From positions 62,001 to 126,000 of IMG/VR virus record IMGVR_UViG_3300031787_008607: 64,000 bases of DNA, one strand, 5' to 3'. The translations under genes were made by a program, and so were the position numbers. The stretch's first letter is position 1. Each line of letters starts with the position of its first letter. Source of the DNA: an uncultured virus (IMG/VR IMGVR_UViG_3300031787_008607). Its lineage: Duplodnaviria; Heunggongvirae; Uroviricota; Caudoviricetes. Shown here piece by piece: positions 7,396 to 17,154 of the stretch. A model generated the notes under the pieces. It made no database searches. It had not been told where the DNA came from and saw only the letters and a program-made list of their open reading frames with translations.

Positions 7396-8733
7396 ATGAA
7401 AAAAATAGTTAGGTTAACTGAAAATGATTTAGTTGCAATTATACAGAAAGTTATTAGCGAACAAACTCCTGATAGAAAAAGATTTATATCTCAGTCATCA
7501 AGTAAATTAACTCAAGGTGAAGGTGGTTATTCAGAAAAGTATGAGTTATTTAAATCTAAAGGTGAAAATACTGAAGATAATGAAAAGTTTATGGATTTAT
7601 ACCGTGAAGCTCAATCATTAGTTTACCAAGAAAATCAAAATGGGTACGTAAAAAATATTCTTACGGGTCAAGACCAAATCGACCTATGGGGAAAAATAAA
7701 AACTGACGACATGTATTTCGCTGCGGATATTATTAAAAAAGTAAAAAATTCTGAAGGTCGAGATAGATATAAATACTGTAGATTAGGAACAAGACAATCA
7801 TTTTCTGAACTTGAGAAATTACCAAAACAGAAACTACCAAATAAGTCTGAGACACCACCAGAACTTGATACGGTTATAATTCCATCCGAAGTTGTACAAC
7901 AAGATTTTTTTGATAATAATAGTTGGAGATTAAAACCGGCAGGCGAAAATGAATTTTATCAAACTTTTGTTGAACCATACAAGACTGCGTTAGACAATCT
8001 TAGACAAACTTACCCTAATGCGGGAATATGTATACAAAGTATTTCTTTAGAATCAAGTGCTAGCCGATTTAGAAATCAAGGTGAGGCCAAAGATTTAAGT
8101 TTTGAAAAATTATCAGAAGCAAGAGCAGCAACTGTTGAAAACTTTTTAATGAAAAATTATGAAAATTTAAAAGGTGGGTGGTGTACAGGTAAACGTAATA
8201 CGACTATAAATGCTAAAGGTCAAAATGGTGATGGTACATCTGGCCCAAATCCACCTAAGGGATATAGTTTTTTACCTAAAGGTGTTGATTACAATTTTAA
8301 TAATTTTGTCACACCCAATACACCACAAGCAACAACTTTAGAAAAGAAAAGAAATGAATTTGGGACTCCTGAACCCGCGGATAAAGGTGGTGCTAAAGCA
8401 TATGAAAAATACAGATATGTTAGACCAACAGTAAAAATACAAATATTTTACGATGTTGACGCTCCAGGTGATAGAGATGTAACTTTACCAGATAGTACTC
8501 CTCCTGAAAAAATAACAAACCCAAGTCAAAAATATTGGGCAATGCTATACAAATGGAAATTTAGTTTAACTGGCGGAGGTTCAGGTAGACGTAAAAAAAG
8601 AAGAGGTAATAAACACGGTTCAATAAAAACTCAATCATGTGACGACGCAGTTTCAATGTGTGTTAGAAAAACACAAAGTGACGCAAAACGTCACTTTGAA
8701 AAAAAGAAAAAAGACCAAATAAGTTACCATTAA
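7396..8733 (+). CDS. putative virion protein with leader motif and OmpA-like segment
   Basis: MKKIVRLTENDLVAIIQKVISEQ leader; ISLESSAS...LSEARAATVENFL resembles the OmpA C-terminal domain; basic C-terminus. Confidence 0.65.
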   Translation: MKKIVRLTENDLVAIIQKVISEQTPDRKRFISQSSSKLTQGEGGYSEKYELFKSKGENTEDNEKFMDLYREAQSLVYQENQNGYVKNILTGQDQIDLWGKIKTDDMYFAADIIKKVKNSEGRDRYKYCRLGTRQSFSELEKLPKQKLPNKSETPPELDTVIIPSEVVQQDFFDNNSWRLKPAGENEFYQTFVEPYKTALDNLRQTYPNAGICIQSISLESSASRFRNQGEAKDLSFEKLSEARAATVENFLMKNYENLKGGWCTGKRNTTINAKGQNGDGTSGPNPPKGYSFLPKGVDYNFNNFVTPNTPQATTLEKKRNEFGTPEPADKGGAKAYEKYRYVRPTVKIQIFYDVDAPGDRDVTLPDSTPPEKITNPSQKYWAMLYKWKFSLTGGGSGRRKKRRGNKHGSIKTQSCDDAVSMCVRKTQSDAKRHFEKKKKDQISYH

Positions 8734-8743
8734 TTATGGTAAC

Positions 8744-9277
8744 TTATTTTAATGTTTGATTAGAAAGAACACCAACAATGTAGATTGAATTACATTTATT
8801 TAATCCAACTTGGAAGTTAACTTTTATTAATTTTTTATCATCCATAATTTCTCTATGAGAATCTGATTTTAAAAAATTATTGAATAACCTTTTTGCTAAT
8901 CCTTTATTGGTTTGTTTATTTAAAGTTTTACCTACACCTGCCAAAGAAATTACTTCACTCATTTCTAAATTTACACCTGATGTTTTTGACATTTGAGGGT
9001 AAAAAAAGGCATATCTATCAACTAAAGAGTAAAACTTAGAACCTACCTCTTGTTCGTGTGAAATGTCTTCAAGTTTTGAAAGGTAATTTACTTGGCATTC
9101 AGTCAAGCAAACTAAAGATTTATCTTCAACTATTTTGTGACCCAAACTATCACATCTTTTGTAATAAAGAATCATAAATTCCTTTTGTATTTCTTGCAAA
9201 TTGAGATGACTTGGTAATTGTGAGTTTGCAACTAAACTAATCATCACTAAAACAAGAGAAAGAAATAAGTTTTTCAT
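8744..9277 (-). CDS. secreted CAP/SCP-like protein
   Basis: signal peptide MKNLFLSLVLVMISLVANSQ; ISH and FLKSDSHREIM motifs; host-type promoter at 9304-9334. Confidence 0.55.
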   Translation of the reverse strand: MKNLFLSLVLVMISLVANSQLPSHLNLQEIQKEFMILYYKRCDSLGHKIVEDKSLVCLTECQVNYLSKLEDISHEQEVGSKFYSLVDRYAFFYPQMSKTSGVNLEMSEVISLAGVGKTLNKQTNKGLAKRLFNNFLKSDSHREIMDDKKLIKVNFQVGLNKCNSIYIVGVLSNQTLK

Positions 9278-9303
9278 AGGACTTGATTATTTAATTATTA
9301 ATA

Positions 9304-9334
9304 CAAATATATACAAAATATTCTTCCACACAAA
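9304..9334 (-). promoter_or_regulatory. Bacteroidota-type -33/-7 promoter
   Basis: minus-strand TTTG, 19-nt spacer, TATATTTG. Confidence 0.65.
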
Positions 9335-9391
9335 TATATTTATAAATAAAACGAACTCTGTTCATAAACTTTAAACCCACGTTAATGGATA

Positions 9392-9595
9392 ATGACGAAA
9401 ATGAAACGAATTCTAAAGGAAAATGTTGCCACTTATTGCCTTATGCTCGCAATGTTTTTCAATCCAATAGGGTTCGACATAATGTTCAAAGCAATTTTGG
9501 ATTACACAAATTCTTATTGGATTACCACAGGAATTTTTTACTGTATTTCAGCATTGTTCTTTGGGTTGTATTTCTTATTACGAAGTAAAAAATGA
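9392..9595 (+). CDS. small 2-TM membrane protein
   Basis: hydrophobic helices; ATGA overlap with next gene. Confidence 0.65.
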   Translation: MTKMKRILKENVATYCLMLAMFFNPIGFDIMFKAILDYTNSYWITTGIFYCISALFFGLYFLLRSKK

Positions 9596-10191
9596 ATATC
9601 AAAAAACTTATCAAAAAAGTTCTTACAGAATCGGTGGAAAAACCACTTATCTCAGAACACCTTAATTATCATATAACAAATGAAGTTCCATTAAATGATA
9701 ATATCTTTAGATTTGGTTCTGAGGAATTCTTTAATGTTATTCAAGAAGCTCGTGAGTTATATTACGAGGGAATGGTTGAATTAAGTGAAGATGATGTTGA
9801 ACTTGTTGAATCTGATTTTGGAACACAGGTTAAATTATCAAGTGGTAGAGTTGTTTACTTGGATACTCCGATGGAAGAATCATTTATTTCTGAAGCTGAA
9901 TATAACGGAAAGAAAGTTGAACTTGGTAAACCAAGAAGAAATACTGGTGGTGGTAAGAAATATGTTGTTTATGTTAAAAACCCATCAACAGGTAGAGTTA
10001 AGAAAATTTCATTTGGTGATGTTCATGGTGGATTAACAGCTAAGGTATCCAATCCTAAAGCACGTAAATCATTTGCTGCAAGACATCAGTGTGCTAAGAA
10101 AAAAGATAGATTAACGGCTGGTTATTGGGCATGTCGTTTAAACCGTTTTGGTTATTTGTGGGGTGGTAAAACTTATCCAGGATTTTGGTAA
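9592..10191 (+). CDS. phage protein with acidic N-half and basic C-terminal domain
   Basis: MNIKKLIKKVLTES leader; FISE junction; KKYVVYVK..ISFGD..ARKSFAARHQC..AGYWAC domain. Confidence 0.75.
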   Translation: MNIKKLIKKVLTESVEKPLISEHLNYHITNEVPLNDNIFRFGSEEFFNVIQEARELYYEGMVELSEDDVELVESDFGTQVKLSSGRVVYLDTPMEESFISEAEYNGKKVELGKPRRNTGGGKKYVVYVKNPSTGRVKKISFGDVHGGLTAKVSNPKARKSFAARHQCAKKKDRLTAGYWACRLNRFGYLWGGKTYPGFW

Positions 10192-10192
10192 T

Positions 10193-10459
10193 ATGAAACC
10201 GTATAAAGATAGAAAATTAACAGAAACTTCAAAGATTAGAGTTTTTAAATCCAATGTTGATAGTGGTGAACTACAATGGCATCGTGATAGAGAAGATAGA
10301 TTGATTGAAGTGGTTCAGGGTGAAGGGTGGAAATTCCAAATGGATAATCAATTACCAATAGAATTAACTGAAGGACAAGTATTATTAATCCCTGAAGGAA
10401 CTTATCATAGAATTTTTAAAGGAAAAACTGATTTAGAATTAAAGATTGATTTTATTTAG
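10193..10459 (+). CDS. cupin-fold protein
   Basis: WHRDREDR...IPEGTYHRI; start refined to MKPY. Confidence 0.7.
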   Translation: MKPYKDRKLTETSKIRVFKSNVDSGELQWHRDREDRLIEVVQGEGWKFQMDNQLPIELTEGQVLLIPEGTYHRIFKGKTDLELKIDFI

Positions 10460-11072
10460 TGATTCTATCGATAATCAATTCCATAAGTCGTTTTAAGAAA
10501 TTACCTGAAATTGTTATTAATCCAAATGCTGATAATGATTTAACTAACATTTCAGTATCTTTCATATCCCAAATACCCTCAGAAACAGCATCATATATCA
10601 TTGGTATAATCGGAACCAAGAATGCGTAACTTAACATATTTGTTACAGTAAATGCTGATAAATTCAAACTCTTTAAAAAACCTGCTAAAACAGTTTTAAG
10701 TTGATTGGCTTTGATTGCACCCAATTTAAATGGTTCTTCAAGTCCATCTTCTTTAATCTTTTTAATAATTGATTTGGTAAAACTTCTTTCTTGAAAGAAT
10801 ATTACTGAAGCAATACCTGCGGCAATTAATGATAAATCTTTTTCAGTTAATTCAGGTACCTGTCCATTTAACCATTGCATAATTGGCCCCATGAACCCTC
10901 CGATTGCCGCTCCCCATGTGAGCATCATCTTTAAGTTTATCGAAGCGTGAGATTTGGTGTCTTCAATAATCTTTTTTGTTAGTTCAACACCATCCTCTTG
11001 AACTTCTTTAATCCTGTCATTTATTGCTTCAAGGATAATTTGTTTTTGAGATTCTTTAATTAGATATTTCAT
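10452..11072 (-). CDS. multi-pass membrane protein with MKYLIKESQ leader
   Basis: about 4 hydrophobic segments; leader motif. Confidence 0.7.
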   Translation of the reverse strand: MKYLIKESQKQIILEAINDRIKEVQEDGVELTKKIIEDTKSHASINLKMMLTWGAAIGGFMGPIMQWLNGQVPELTEKDLSLIAAGIASVIFFQERSFTKSIIKKIKEDGLEEPFKLGAIKANQLKTVLAGFLKSLNLSAFTVTNMLSYAFLVPIIPMIYDAVSEGIWDMKDTEMLVKSLSAFGLITISGNFLKRLMELIIDRITK

Positions 11073-11074
11073 TA

Positions 11075-11086
11075 TATTTATAAATA
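11075..11086. promoter_or_regulatory. palindromic bidirectional late-promoter motif TATTTATAAATA
   Basis: fills the 15-nt gap between divergent starts 11072 and 11088. Confidence 0.65.
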
Positions 11087-11087
11087 T

Positions 11088-11690
11088 ATGAGTAAGAAAT
11101 TAAATCCTGAACTTAAACCTGGTGATAGAATTGTAATCATTGAACTTTTGGGTGAACCTCAATTATCTTTTGGTGATAGAGGAACCGTTACTAAAATTCA
11201 AAGTGGCCCTGGATTCACTCAGTATGTTGTTAAATGGGACAATGGGTCAAGTCTTTATTTATTGGATGAGGATAAATGGATGTATGAGTCTGAGTTTGAT
11301 GAAATGAGAGAAAGAAAAATGAAAAAAAATATACAAGAAAATAAATCGACTGATTTAACACAACATGCGATGTTAGTAAAACATTTTAACATGTTGTTTA
11401 TAAAAAGATATCTAAATAAATTAAGAGAAGCTAGTGTTGTTAATATGTTTGCGGCGGCACCATATCTTTATATGGGTAAAGAAAGATTAGCTCATGAACA
11501 CAAGTATAATGACACTAACGAAGCATTTGATGAATTAGTTGATATGGCGGATAAGGCTCAAGGTGAAATGGTAAACGGAGTAATCAGTATACTTGAAGAT
11601 GAAAATAAAGAAGTAACAGTGGAAAATATTAATTCTGCTTTAAGAAGATACGCTCCAAAAATTATTTCGTTTTACGCAAATTATTTCTAA
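11088..11690 (+). CDS. DUF4314-like N-terminal domain protein
   Basis: LKPGDRI..GDRGTV..VKWDNGSSLYL. Confidence 0.6.
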   Translation: MSKKLNPELKPGDRIVIIELLGEPQLSFGDRGTVTKIQSGPGFTQYVVKWDNGSSLYLLDEDKWMYESEFDEMRERKMKKNIQENKSTDLTQHAMLVKHFNMLFIKRYLNKLREASVVNMFAAAPYLYMGKERLAHEHKYNDTNEAFDELVDMADKAQGEMVNGVISILEDENKEVTVENINSALRRYAPKIISFYANYF

Positions 11691-11923
11691 AGTAAAAACA
11701 AAGGATTTCTTTCACCGAAATGTCCACCAACAATATTGTAGTAATAATATTCTAAAGCATCTTCATAAGACATATCTTTTTGTAATGACTCAAGTATTTT
11801 ATCACGTGAATAAAGTATTCTTACTCCATTACCAAACTCTTCAACAATTCCTGTAATACAATCATCAAATCCGTCTAATAGAATTGCTCCTTCGGCTAAT
11901 TCTTCTACTTCTTCTTTTGTCAT
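11687..11923 (-). CDS. conserved phage hypothetical protein
   Basis: DGFDDCITG..YSRDKI..DALEYYYYNI.G. Confidence 0.7.
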   Translation of the reverse strand: MTKEEVEELAEGAILLDGFDDCITGIVEEFGNGVRILYSRDKILESLQKDMSYEDALEYYYYNIVGGHFGERNPLFLL

Positions 11924-12429
11924 TTGTTTTTATATTGTTCTAATGTGATTCCTTCGGTGTCTTTATCACTAATTCTAACTTTAAAGTTAAAACCTCTCAT
12001 GTATTTGGTAATAATATCTTTTACTTCTTCTACGGTGTCCCATTGAATACATCCTTCGTGTTCTTTAGAATAATCATTATCTACTAAGTAGTTAACAACT
12101 GTTCCACTTTGAAGTGTCAAAAATCCGTGAGCGTAACCTTTTGGAATATATACCGATTCACCTGAGGTTAAAACAAATGTTTCAAGTTTACCAAAGTCCT
12201 CACTTTCTTTATCCAAGTTAACAACAAAATCAATTATTTTTCCTTGGATAACCGATAAAAGTTTTGTTTGAGCCATTGGTTCATCTTGATAGTGTAGCCC
12301 ACGAAAGACAAATATATCGTCGTTTATACTAATGTTTGATTGAACCTACTTGTCAGAAAGTTTAATTGGGGTAAAAGACCCACGATGGTCTTTAAAAACT
12401 GGTTGTAATAGTTGATAAGGTTTTTCCAT
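11920..12429 (-). pseudogene. rmlC: dTDP-4-dehydrorhamnose 3,5-epimerase interrupted by an in-frame TAG
   Basis: MEKPYQLLQPVFKDHRGSF...DK*VQSNIS..VFRGLHYQ..AQTKL..IPKGYAHGF; TAG at 12348-12346. Confidence 0.8.
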
Positions 12430-12493
12430 GTGTAAAATATAATAAATTAATATTATTCAATCAACCGTATATTTATTTAGAAAACAATTATAT

Positions 12494-12955
12494 ATGAGAA
12501 ACGCATTTTTTTTAAATATTACTGAAGAAGAAAAACAATCAATACAAGATAGACATAGAAGTCAGTATGATGGATATGTTAGTCGTGGGTTTAACACACC
12601 AAAAGAACAAATCCTTAACGTGGAAAATTTGGCGTTAGATGAAAAAGGAATTACTGTATCTAATATGGGTGAAGTTAAAGAATATACAAACAAAGAAGTT
12701 AACCGAAAACTTAAAAAAGTTTGTGATGAGTGTAATGGTTTATATGAAGGTGAAATGTGTGAACAGTGTTCATCTATGAAAGAGGGAGAACAATGTGAGC
12801 AATGTGGAACTGAAATGAAAGAGGGTGAAACATGTGAGTGTGGAAAAGGATATACTATGGAAGAACTTGAGGAAAGTATTAAATTAAAATCAAAGGCTCC
12901 ATTAGTACAAGAAAATATCAGCGAATCATTAAATTGGTTTAAGAGAATTTTGTAA
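12494..12955 (+). CDS. hypothetical protein with EG(E)xCExC repeats
   Basis: CDEC, EGEMCEQC, EGEQCEQC, EGETCECG; late motif at 12470. Confidence 0.7.
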   Translation: MRNAFFLNITEEEKQSIQDRHRSQYDGYVSRGFNTPKEQILNVENLALDEKGITVSNMGEVKEYTNKEVNRKLKKVCDECNGLYEGEMCEQCSSMKEGEQCEQCGTEMKEGETCECGKGYTMEELEESIKLKSKAPLVQENISESLNWFKRIL

Positions 12956-12956
12956 A

Positions 12957-13292
12957 ATGAACATCAAAGAAATAGTTGATTATTACTATAATCCAAAATC
13001 TGAAATACTACAGGTTAGTTTCAGATTAGAGGAAGATGGTGATGATGAAATTAGAGAACATGAATTTGAACTGGACTTTATTGAAAAGTCCGGTTTTTTC
13101 ATTTTGGAAAACTATGATTATGAATCAAGTGATTTCCCAATTATATATGAAGAAGATACTGATGAACTTATAATTGACGAGGAAGCGTCAGATGAAAAAG
13201 AATATGAGGTTGATACAGATGAACTGACATCATTTATGGAAGAATATTATTCAAACAATCCAAAAAAAATTCCACCGTCCTTCTTGTTCTAA
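12957..13292 (+). CDS. acidic hypothetical protein
   Basis: ORF in operon. Confidence 0.7.
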   Translation: MNIKEIVDYYYNPKSEILQVSFRLEEDGDDEIREHEFELDFIEKSGFFILENYDYESSDFPIIYEEDTDELIIDEEASDEKEYEVDTDELTSFMEEYYSNNPKKIPPSFLF

Positions 13293-13333
13293 ATTATCCA
13301 CTTTTTTATTGGTAGAGTTATATTTATGTAATA

Positions 13334-13594
13334 ATGATACACGACGTTGATTACATAATTTCCCTATTTCAAAAATTAACAACATCTGACAAAAACAGAG
13401 GTGATAAAAATGAACTTGGGGAACAAGACGCTGCGGCTGGCGGTGGTGGAGGTGCAACATCTAACACAAATAAAAGAGGTAGTAATTGGGATGAGTTATA
13501 TGTTTTAACTCGTGGTAAAGCCAACATGTTAGGTAAGAAAGGTGAAAAATGGCAATCAGGTGTTAAACGTGGTGTTGGAAATCAAGTTTGGTAA
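13334..13594 (+). CDS. hypothetical protein
   Basis: LGEQ junction, Gly/Ala linker, two RG.(A/G)N repeats; TATTTAT 6 nt before ATG. Confidence 0.7.
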   Translation: MIHDVDYIISLFQKLTTSDKNRGDKNELGEQDAAAGGGGGATSNTNKRGSNWDELYVLTRGKANMLGKKGEKWQSGVKRGVGNQVW

Positions 13595-13595
13595 T

Positions 13596-15617
13596 ATGGA
13601 AAATAAGAAAAAAGAATTATTAGAAAGAGTATTGTTGTTAATGAAATATAACAACGAAATGACGCTCACTGAAAATACTGAAATTGTTTCAGAACAAACC
13701 TTCAAACCCAAAAGTCCTGCAGAAATAGAAAATGAGAAAGCACTTGAAGCTAGCCAGGGAATAATAAGAAAAGGACTTGCGGCGGATGATTATAAAACAG
13801 GGAACGATTACTGTAATAGAGGTACGGTTAAAGATTTCCAATGGGAACCTAACAATTTAGATGGTAATGAAACTTACAAAGGAAAAAAAGGATATTGTCG
13901 TCTTTCAGATTCTAAACAAAGAAATTTAGCACAATCATTAGGAACAGGTTACGGTGGTGAATGGAATATACCAACCTTTATAGTTAAAACACAAGATGAA
14001 TGGTATGCAGTTTTTGCAGTGTGGTTGGCTGAAATGGTTGAAGTATGGAAATTCACTAACTTATATTTGAATAAATCGGGATATGAAGGTGGTTGTGAAA
14101 AAAACAAATTATCGGTAAATTATAATGGGAAAGAAATGTCTCTTCAAGATTTAATATCACGTTATTTACCTGATATTAAATCTGGTAAACTTACAAAAGC
14201 AATTAATGAACAAAGTACTGAACCAAGATTTGATGGGACTGAACTACAAAAAAGAGCAATAGCTTGCGGATGGAAAAAATCAACTGTTAATGGAGTTATT
14301 GCGGACACTTACGGATATGAAAAGTCTGGATGGGAATGTCCTAAGACTGGTGATATAAAAACTAACACAGGGAATGCTCCTCAAAAACATATATATAAAT
14401 TTTTGTGTTATAATCAAGATTTAGCGGTATATAAACCGTTTTATAAAATAAATTATGGAAAATTGACATCAAGTGCTGGTAGATTGTCTAGAACATCAAT
14501 TAATAGATATACCGGTTATATTCCGTCTTACGCTGAAGTAATTAAAGCGTATGGTTTTGGGGGTAATGTTAAAAAAATTATAACTGCTCTAGATTCTGCT
14601 AAAAAAGACGACTTTTTTATTGGTGCAACAAATGTGAAAGATGGTAAGGTGGTTGGTTCAGTGAGTACAGCCAATGCAGGTGATATCCACGACGTACTTT
14701 CATTATTACAAATTGTAAGTTTAATGATACCTGTTGTTGGCCCGTTTGTTTCTTTAGGTTTAGGGATTGTTGATAGTGGAGTATATTACGCTCAAGGAGA
14801 AAAGAATATGGCGGCATTAACTTTAGGTTTAAGTATTTTATTTGATTTACCAATTCTAAAGGCCGGATTTGGAAATATTGGAAAACAAGCAATAAGTAAT
14901 TTGACTGACGAGGAAATAGTTCAAATGTCAAAAGCTCTTTTAGAAAATAACACTAAAAATTTACCTGAAAATTTAGATGTAATCCTTAAAGAGCTCGAAA
15001 CTGAAATGGGGAAAAATCCAGCAGTTCGTCAACAATATGAACAAGTGGTTAAAGAGAAATCAAAAGAAATATTAGGTAATAAACAAATTGTTAGTAATTT
15101 ATCTCCTAATTCTAAAAGTGCATTAAATCAAGCGGCTAAAGGTCAATTAGCGGGTAAAGTATTTGCCGCAGGTACTATTGGAGCAGGATTACCTCTTACT
15201 GCGAAAGGAGGTTATGAAACTTTTAAACCTTTAATTAGAGGAAACATTAAAACACAAGTTGAAGCTGAAGGGTATAAATGGGAAACTGTTAAACAATTGT
15301 TTGGTTCAAACGGTAGTGCTGAAGATAATAAAAAGTTATCAGAAGCATGGGGTTTTAGATGGAGACCAGGACTTGAGGTACCTGAGGAATATCAAACTGA
15401 AACATATAAACAAAATAAAAAAAATGAAATAGAAAAATTGGCTCAAGAGTTATCTAAAACTCTTGGACTTGATAACTCTGAAAAGATGGAGCCAATTGAT
15501 GTAAAGACAATTAAACCAATGATGTCATCTTTAACAAATCCTAAAATTATAGCGACAAGAGATTCTTTAGAGAAAACCTATGATGATTATGAACAATATT
15601 TAGGTTCTGATGAATAA
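13596..15617 (+). CDS. large putative virion/ejection protein with hydrophobic hairpin
   Basis: start refined to MENKKK; LERVLLLMKY..LTEN leader; HDVL..IPVVGPFVSLGLGIVDSGVYYAQGE..AAL segment. Confidence 0.7.
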   Translation: MENKKKELLERVLLLMKYNNEMTLTENTEIVSEQTFKPKSPAEIENEKALEASQGIIRKGLAADDYKTGNDYCNRGTVKDFQWEPNNLDGNETYKGKKGYCRLSDSKQRNLAQSLGTGYGGEWNIPTFIVKTQDEWYAVFAVWLAEMVEVWKFTNLYLNKSGYEGGCEKNKLSVNYNGKEMSLQDLISRYLPDIKSGKLTKAINEQSTEPRFDGTELQKRAIACGWKKSTVNGVIADTYGYEKSGWECPKTGDIKTNTGNAPQKHIYKFLCYNQDLAVYKPFYKINYGKLTSSAGRLSRTSINRYTGYIPSYAEVIKAYGFGGNVKKIITALDSAKKDDFFIGATNVKDGKVVGSVSTANAGDIHDVLSLLQIVSLMIPVVGPFVSLGLGIVDSGVYYAQGEKNMAALTLGLSILFDLPILKAGFGNIGKQAISNLTDEEIVQMSKALLENNTKNLPENLDVILKELETEMGKNPAVRQQYEQVVKEKSKEILGNKQIVSNLSPNSKSALNQAAKGQLAGKVFAAGTIGAGLPLTAKGGYETFKPLIRGNIKTQVEAEGYKWETVKQLFGSNGSAEDNKKLSEAWGFRWRPGLEVPEEYQTETYKQNKKNEIEKLAQELSKTLGLDNSEKMEPIDVKTIKPMMSSLTNPKIIATRDSLEKTYDDYEQYLGSDE

Positions 15618-15662
15618 TATATTGTTTTTTTAAATAAAAGTATATTTATAAATAAAAAGATT

Positions 15663-17141
15663 ATGAAACAAGTTTTAAATGAGGAGCTTTTTAGAATCCA
15701 AGAAATAATGGGTATTAAAAAGACAGACATAATTGAAGATTTTCAATTCGAACAAAATGATTTAATATCTGAACAAGTGGGTGATTTAGTACAAGCAATT
15801 GCGGATGTTGGAAAAAGTTTTGATGACAACGCGATGAGTGTAATTGATGACGTTGTTAGTCGTGAAACAAGAAATTTATCTTATCGTAACACTATACCGA
15901 AAACATATAATACTTTAGAAGAACTATCAGCGGCAATTGTAAAAAAAGAAATTCCGGAAGCAGTCGTTGAAACAGTTTCAAAAACAATAATGAAACAAAT
16001 TATTGGAACACCTGAAGGTGCTGAACTTATTGCAAAAACTTGGTTTAAAGACAATGTGGGAACAAACGTAAAGAATGTTATCACAAAAATAGAAAGCGGC
16101 GCTAATTTACCTCCTAAATTGGTTTTTAAAACTGCTGACGACTTTGATTTATTAGTAAAAGAAATTAAAACTGGGGATGATGTCCTCGATAATGAATTAA
16201 AGGCTGCTTTAGATGATGTGTATGGCAAACCTTTAAAAAATGCAAGGACAGAAGCGGAAGATGCAATTGCAAAGGCAAAAGCTATTGATGACCAATATGA
16301 TAATATTCGTAGTTCCGTTAGAAATAAAATTAAAGGTGACCCTTTATTATCTAAAAAGAAATTTGCTGATTGGTTTGGATATTTTGAAGATGAAACTAAA
16401 CGTAAAATCAAATCAGAAGGGGAGTACAAAGCTAGACAGTATTTATTTGAACAACTTCAAAAACCATCTATTTGGGGTAGAATTAAAAGTGCGTTCCAAG
16501 GTGAGAAATGGTATAAAGTATTAGAATACGTTAGAAAAAAAGGGGTTACTATGGGGGTAAGTGTAGGTTCTCTTATTATAATTGGGGTAGTGGTTTATTA
16601 TGCGGTAGAGGGATTATCAAAAATTCCAGAAACTGTTGATGAATTACGAGAGAAACCATATACAAAAATTAAAAAAGTATATCCCTCAACTGAAAATGCG
16701 AGTGAGGCAATTTTAAATGCATATCTTAATGTTGCAAAACCAGACGATTTAGAAAAACTATTTTTAAAGGCAGATGGTTATGGAGTTTCATATAAAACTT
16801 ATGAAAACGAAGCTCTTGGTCCTATTGAGGAATTAACTGTTGAGACCCCAACTAATACTTATAATTATAAGTTATTCAAAGATGATAATAATAAAATAAC
16901 ACCAACAATAACACCAAAAGGTGGTGGTGACCAAAAAGAAACAAACAACCAAACTAAAGAGACAATTAAAACATGGTTAACCGCAGATGCTAATGGAGAA
17001 CATAATACCGGTAAATGGGATATTAACACGTTAGGTGATATACTCTATGACGCAACAGTATCACCAAACAAGGCAATTGCTATTGTTGGTAATAAACAAT
17101 GGGGTATGACATATAGTAACAATACTTGGAATTGGGATTAA
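15663..17141 (+). CDS. putative virion protein, single TM
   Basis: MKQVLNEELFRIQEIMG leader; TM VTMGVSVGSLIIIGVVVYYAV. Confidence 0.7.
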   Translation: MKQVLNEELFRIQEIMGIKKTDIIEDFQFEQNDLISEQVGDLVQAIADVGKSFDDNAMSVIDDVVSRETRNLSYRNTIPKTYNTLEELSAAIVKKEIPEAVVETVSKTIMKQIIGTPEGAELIAKTWFKDNVGTNVKNVITKIESGANLPPKLVFKTADDFDLLVKEIKTGDDVLDNELKAALDDVYGKPLKNARTEAEDAIAKAKAIDDQYDNIRSSVRNKIKGDPLLSKKKFADWFGYFEDETKRKIKSEGEYKARQYLFEQLQKPSIWGRIKSAFQGEKWYKVLEYVRKKGVTMGVSVGSLIIIGVVVYYAVEGLSKIPETVDELREKPYTKIKKVYPSTENASEAILNAYLNVAKPDDLEKLFLKADGYGVSYKTYENEALGPIEELTVETPTNTYNYKLFKDDNNKITPTITPKGGGDQKETNNQTKETIKTWLTADANGEHNTGKWDINTLGDILYDATVSPNKAIAIVGNKQWGMTYSNNTWNWD

Positions 17142-17154
17142 TTAAATAATTAAT

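Noticed and set aside
9385..9588. Alternative 67-aa ORF
   Set aside because: Frame 9392..9595 gives a coherent 2-TM protein coupled to the next gene
15881..16429. Long antisense ORFs (also 2302, 30312, 31780, 38493, 40381, 55964 and others)
   Set aside because: Shadow frames of real genes with S/F/L-rich antisense composition
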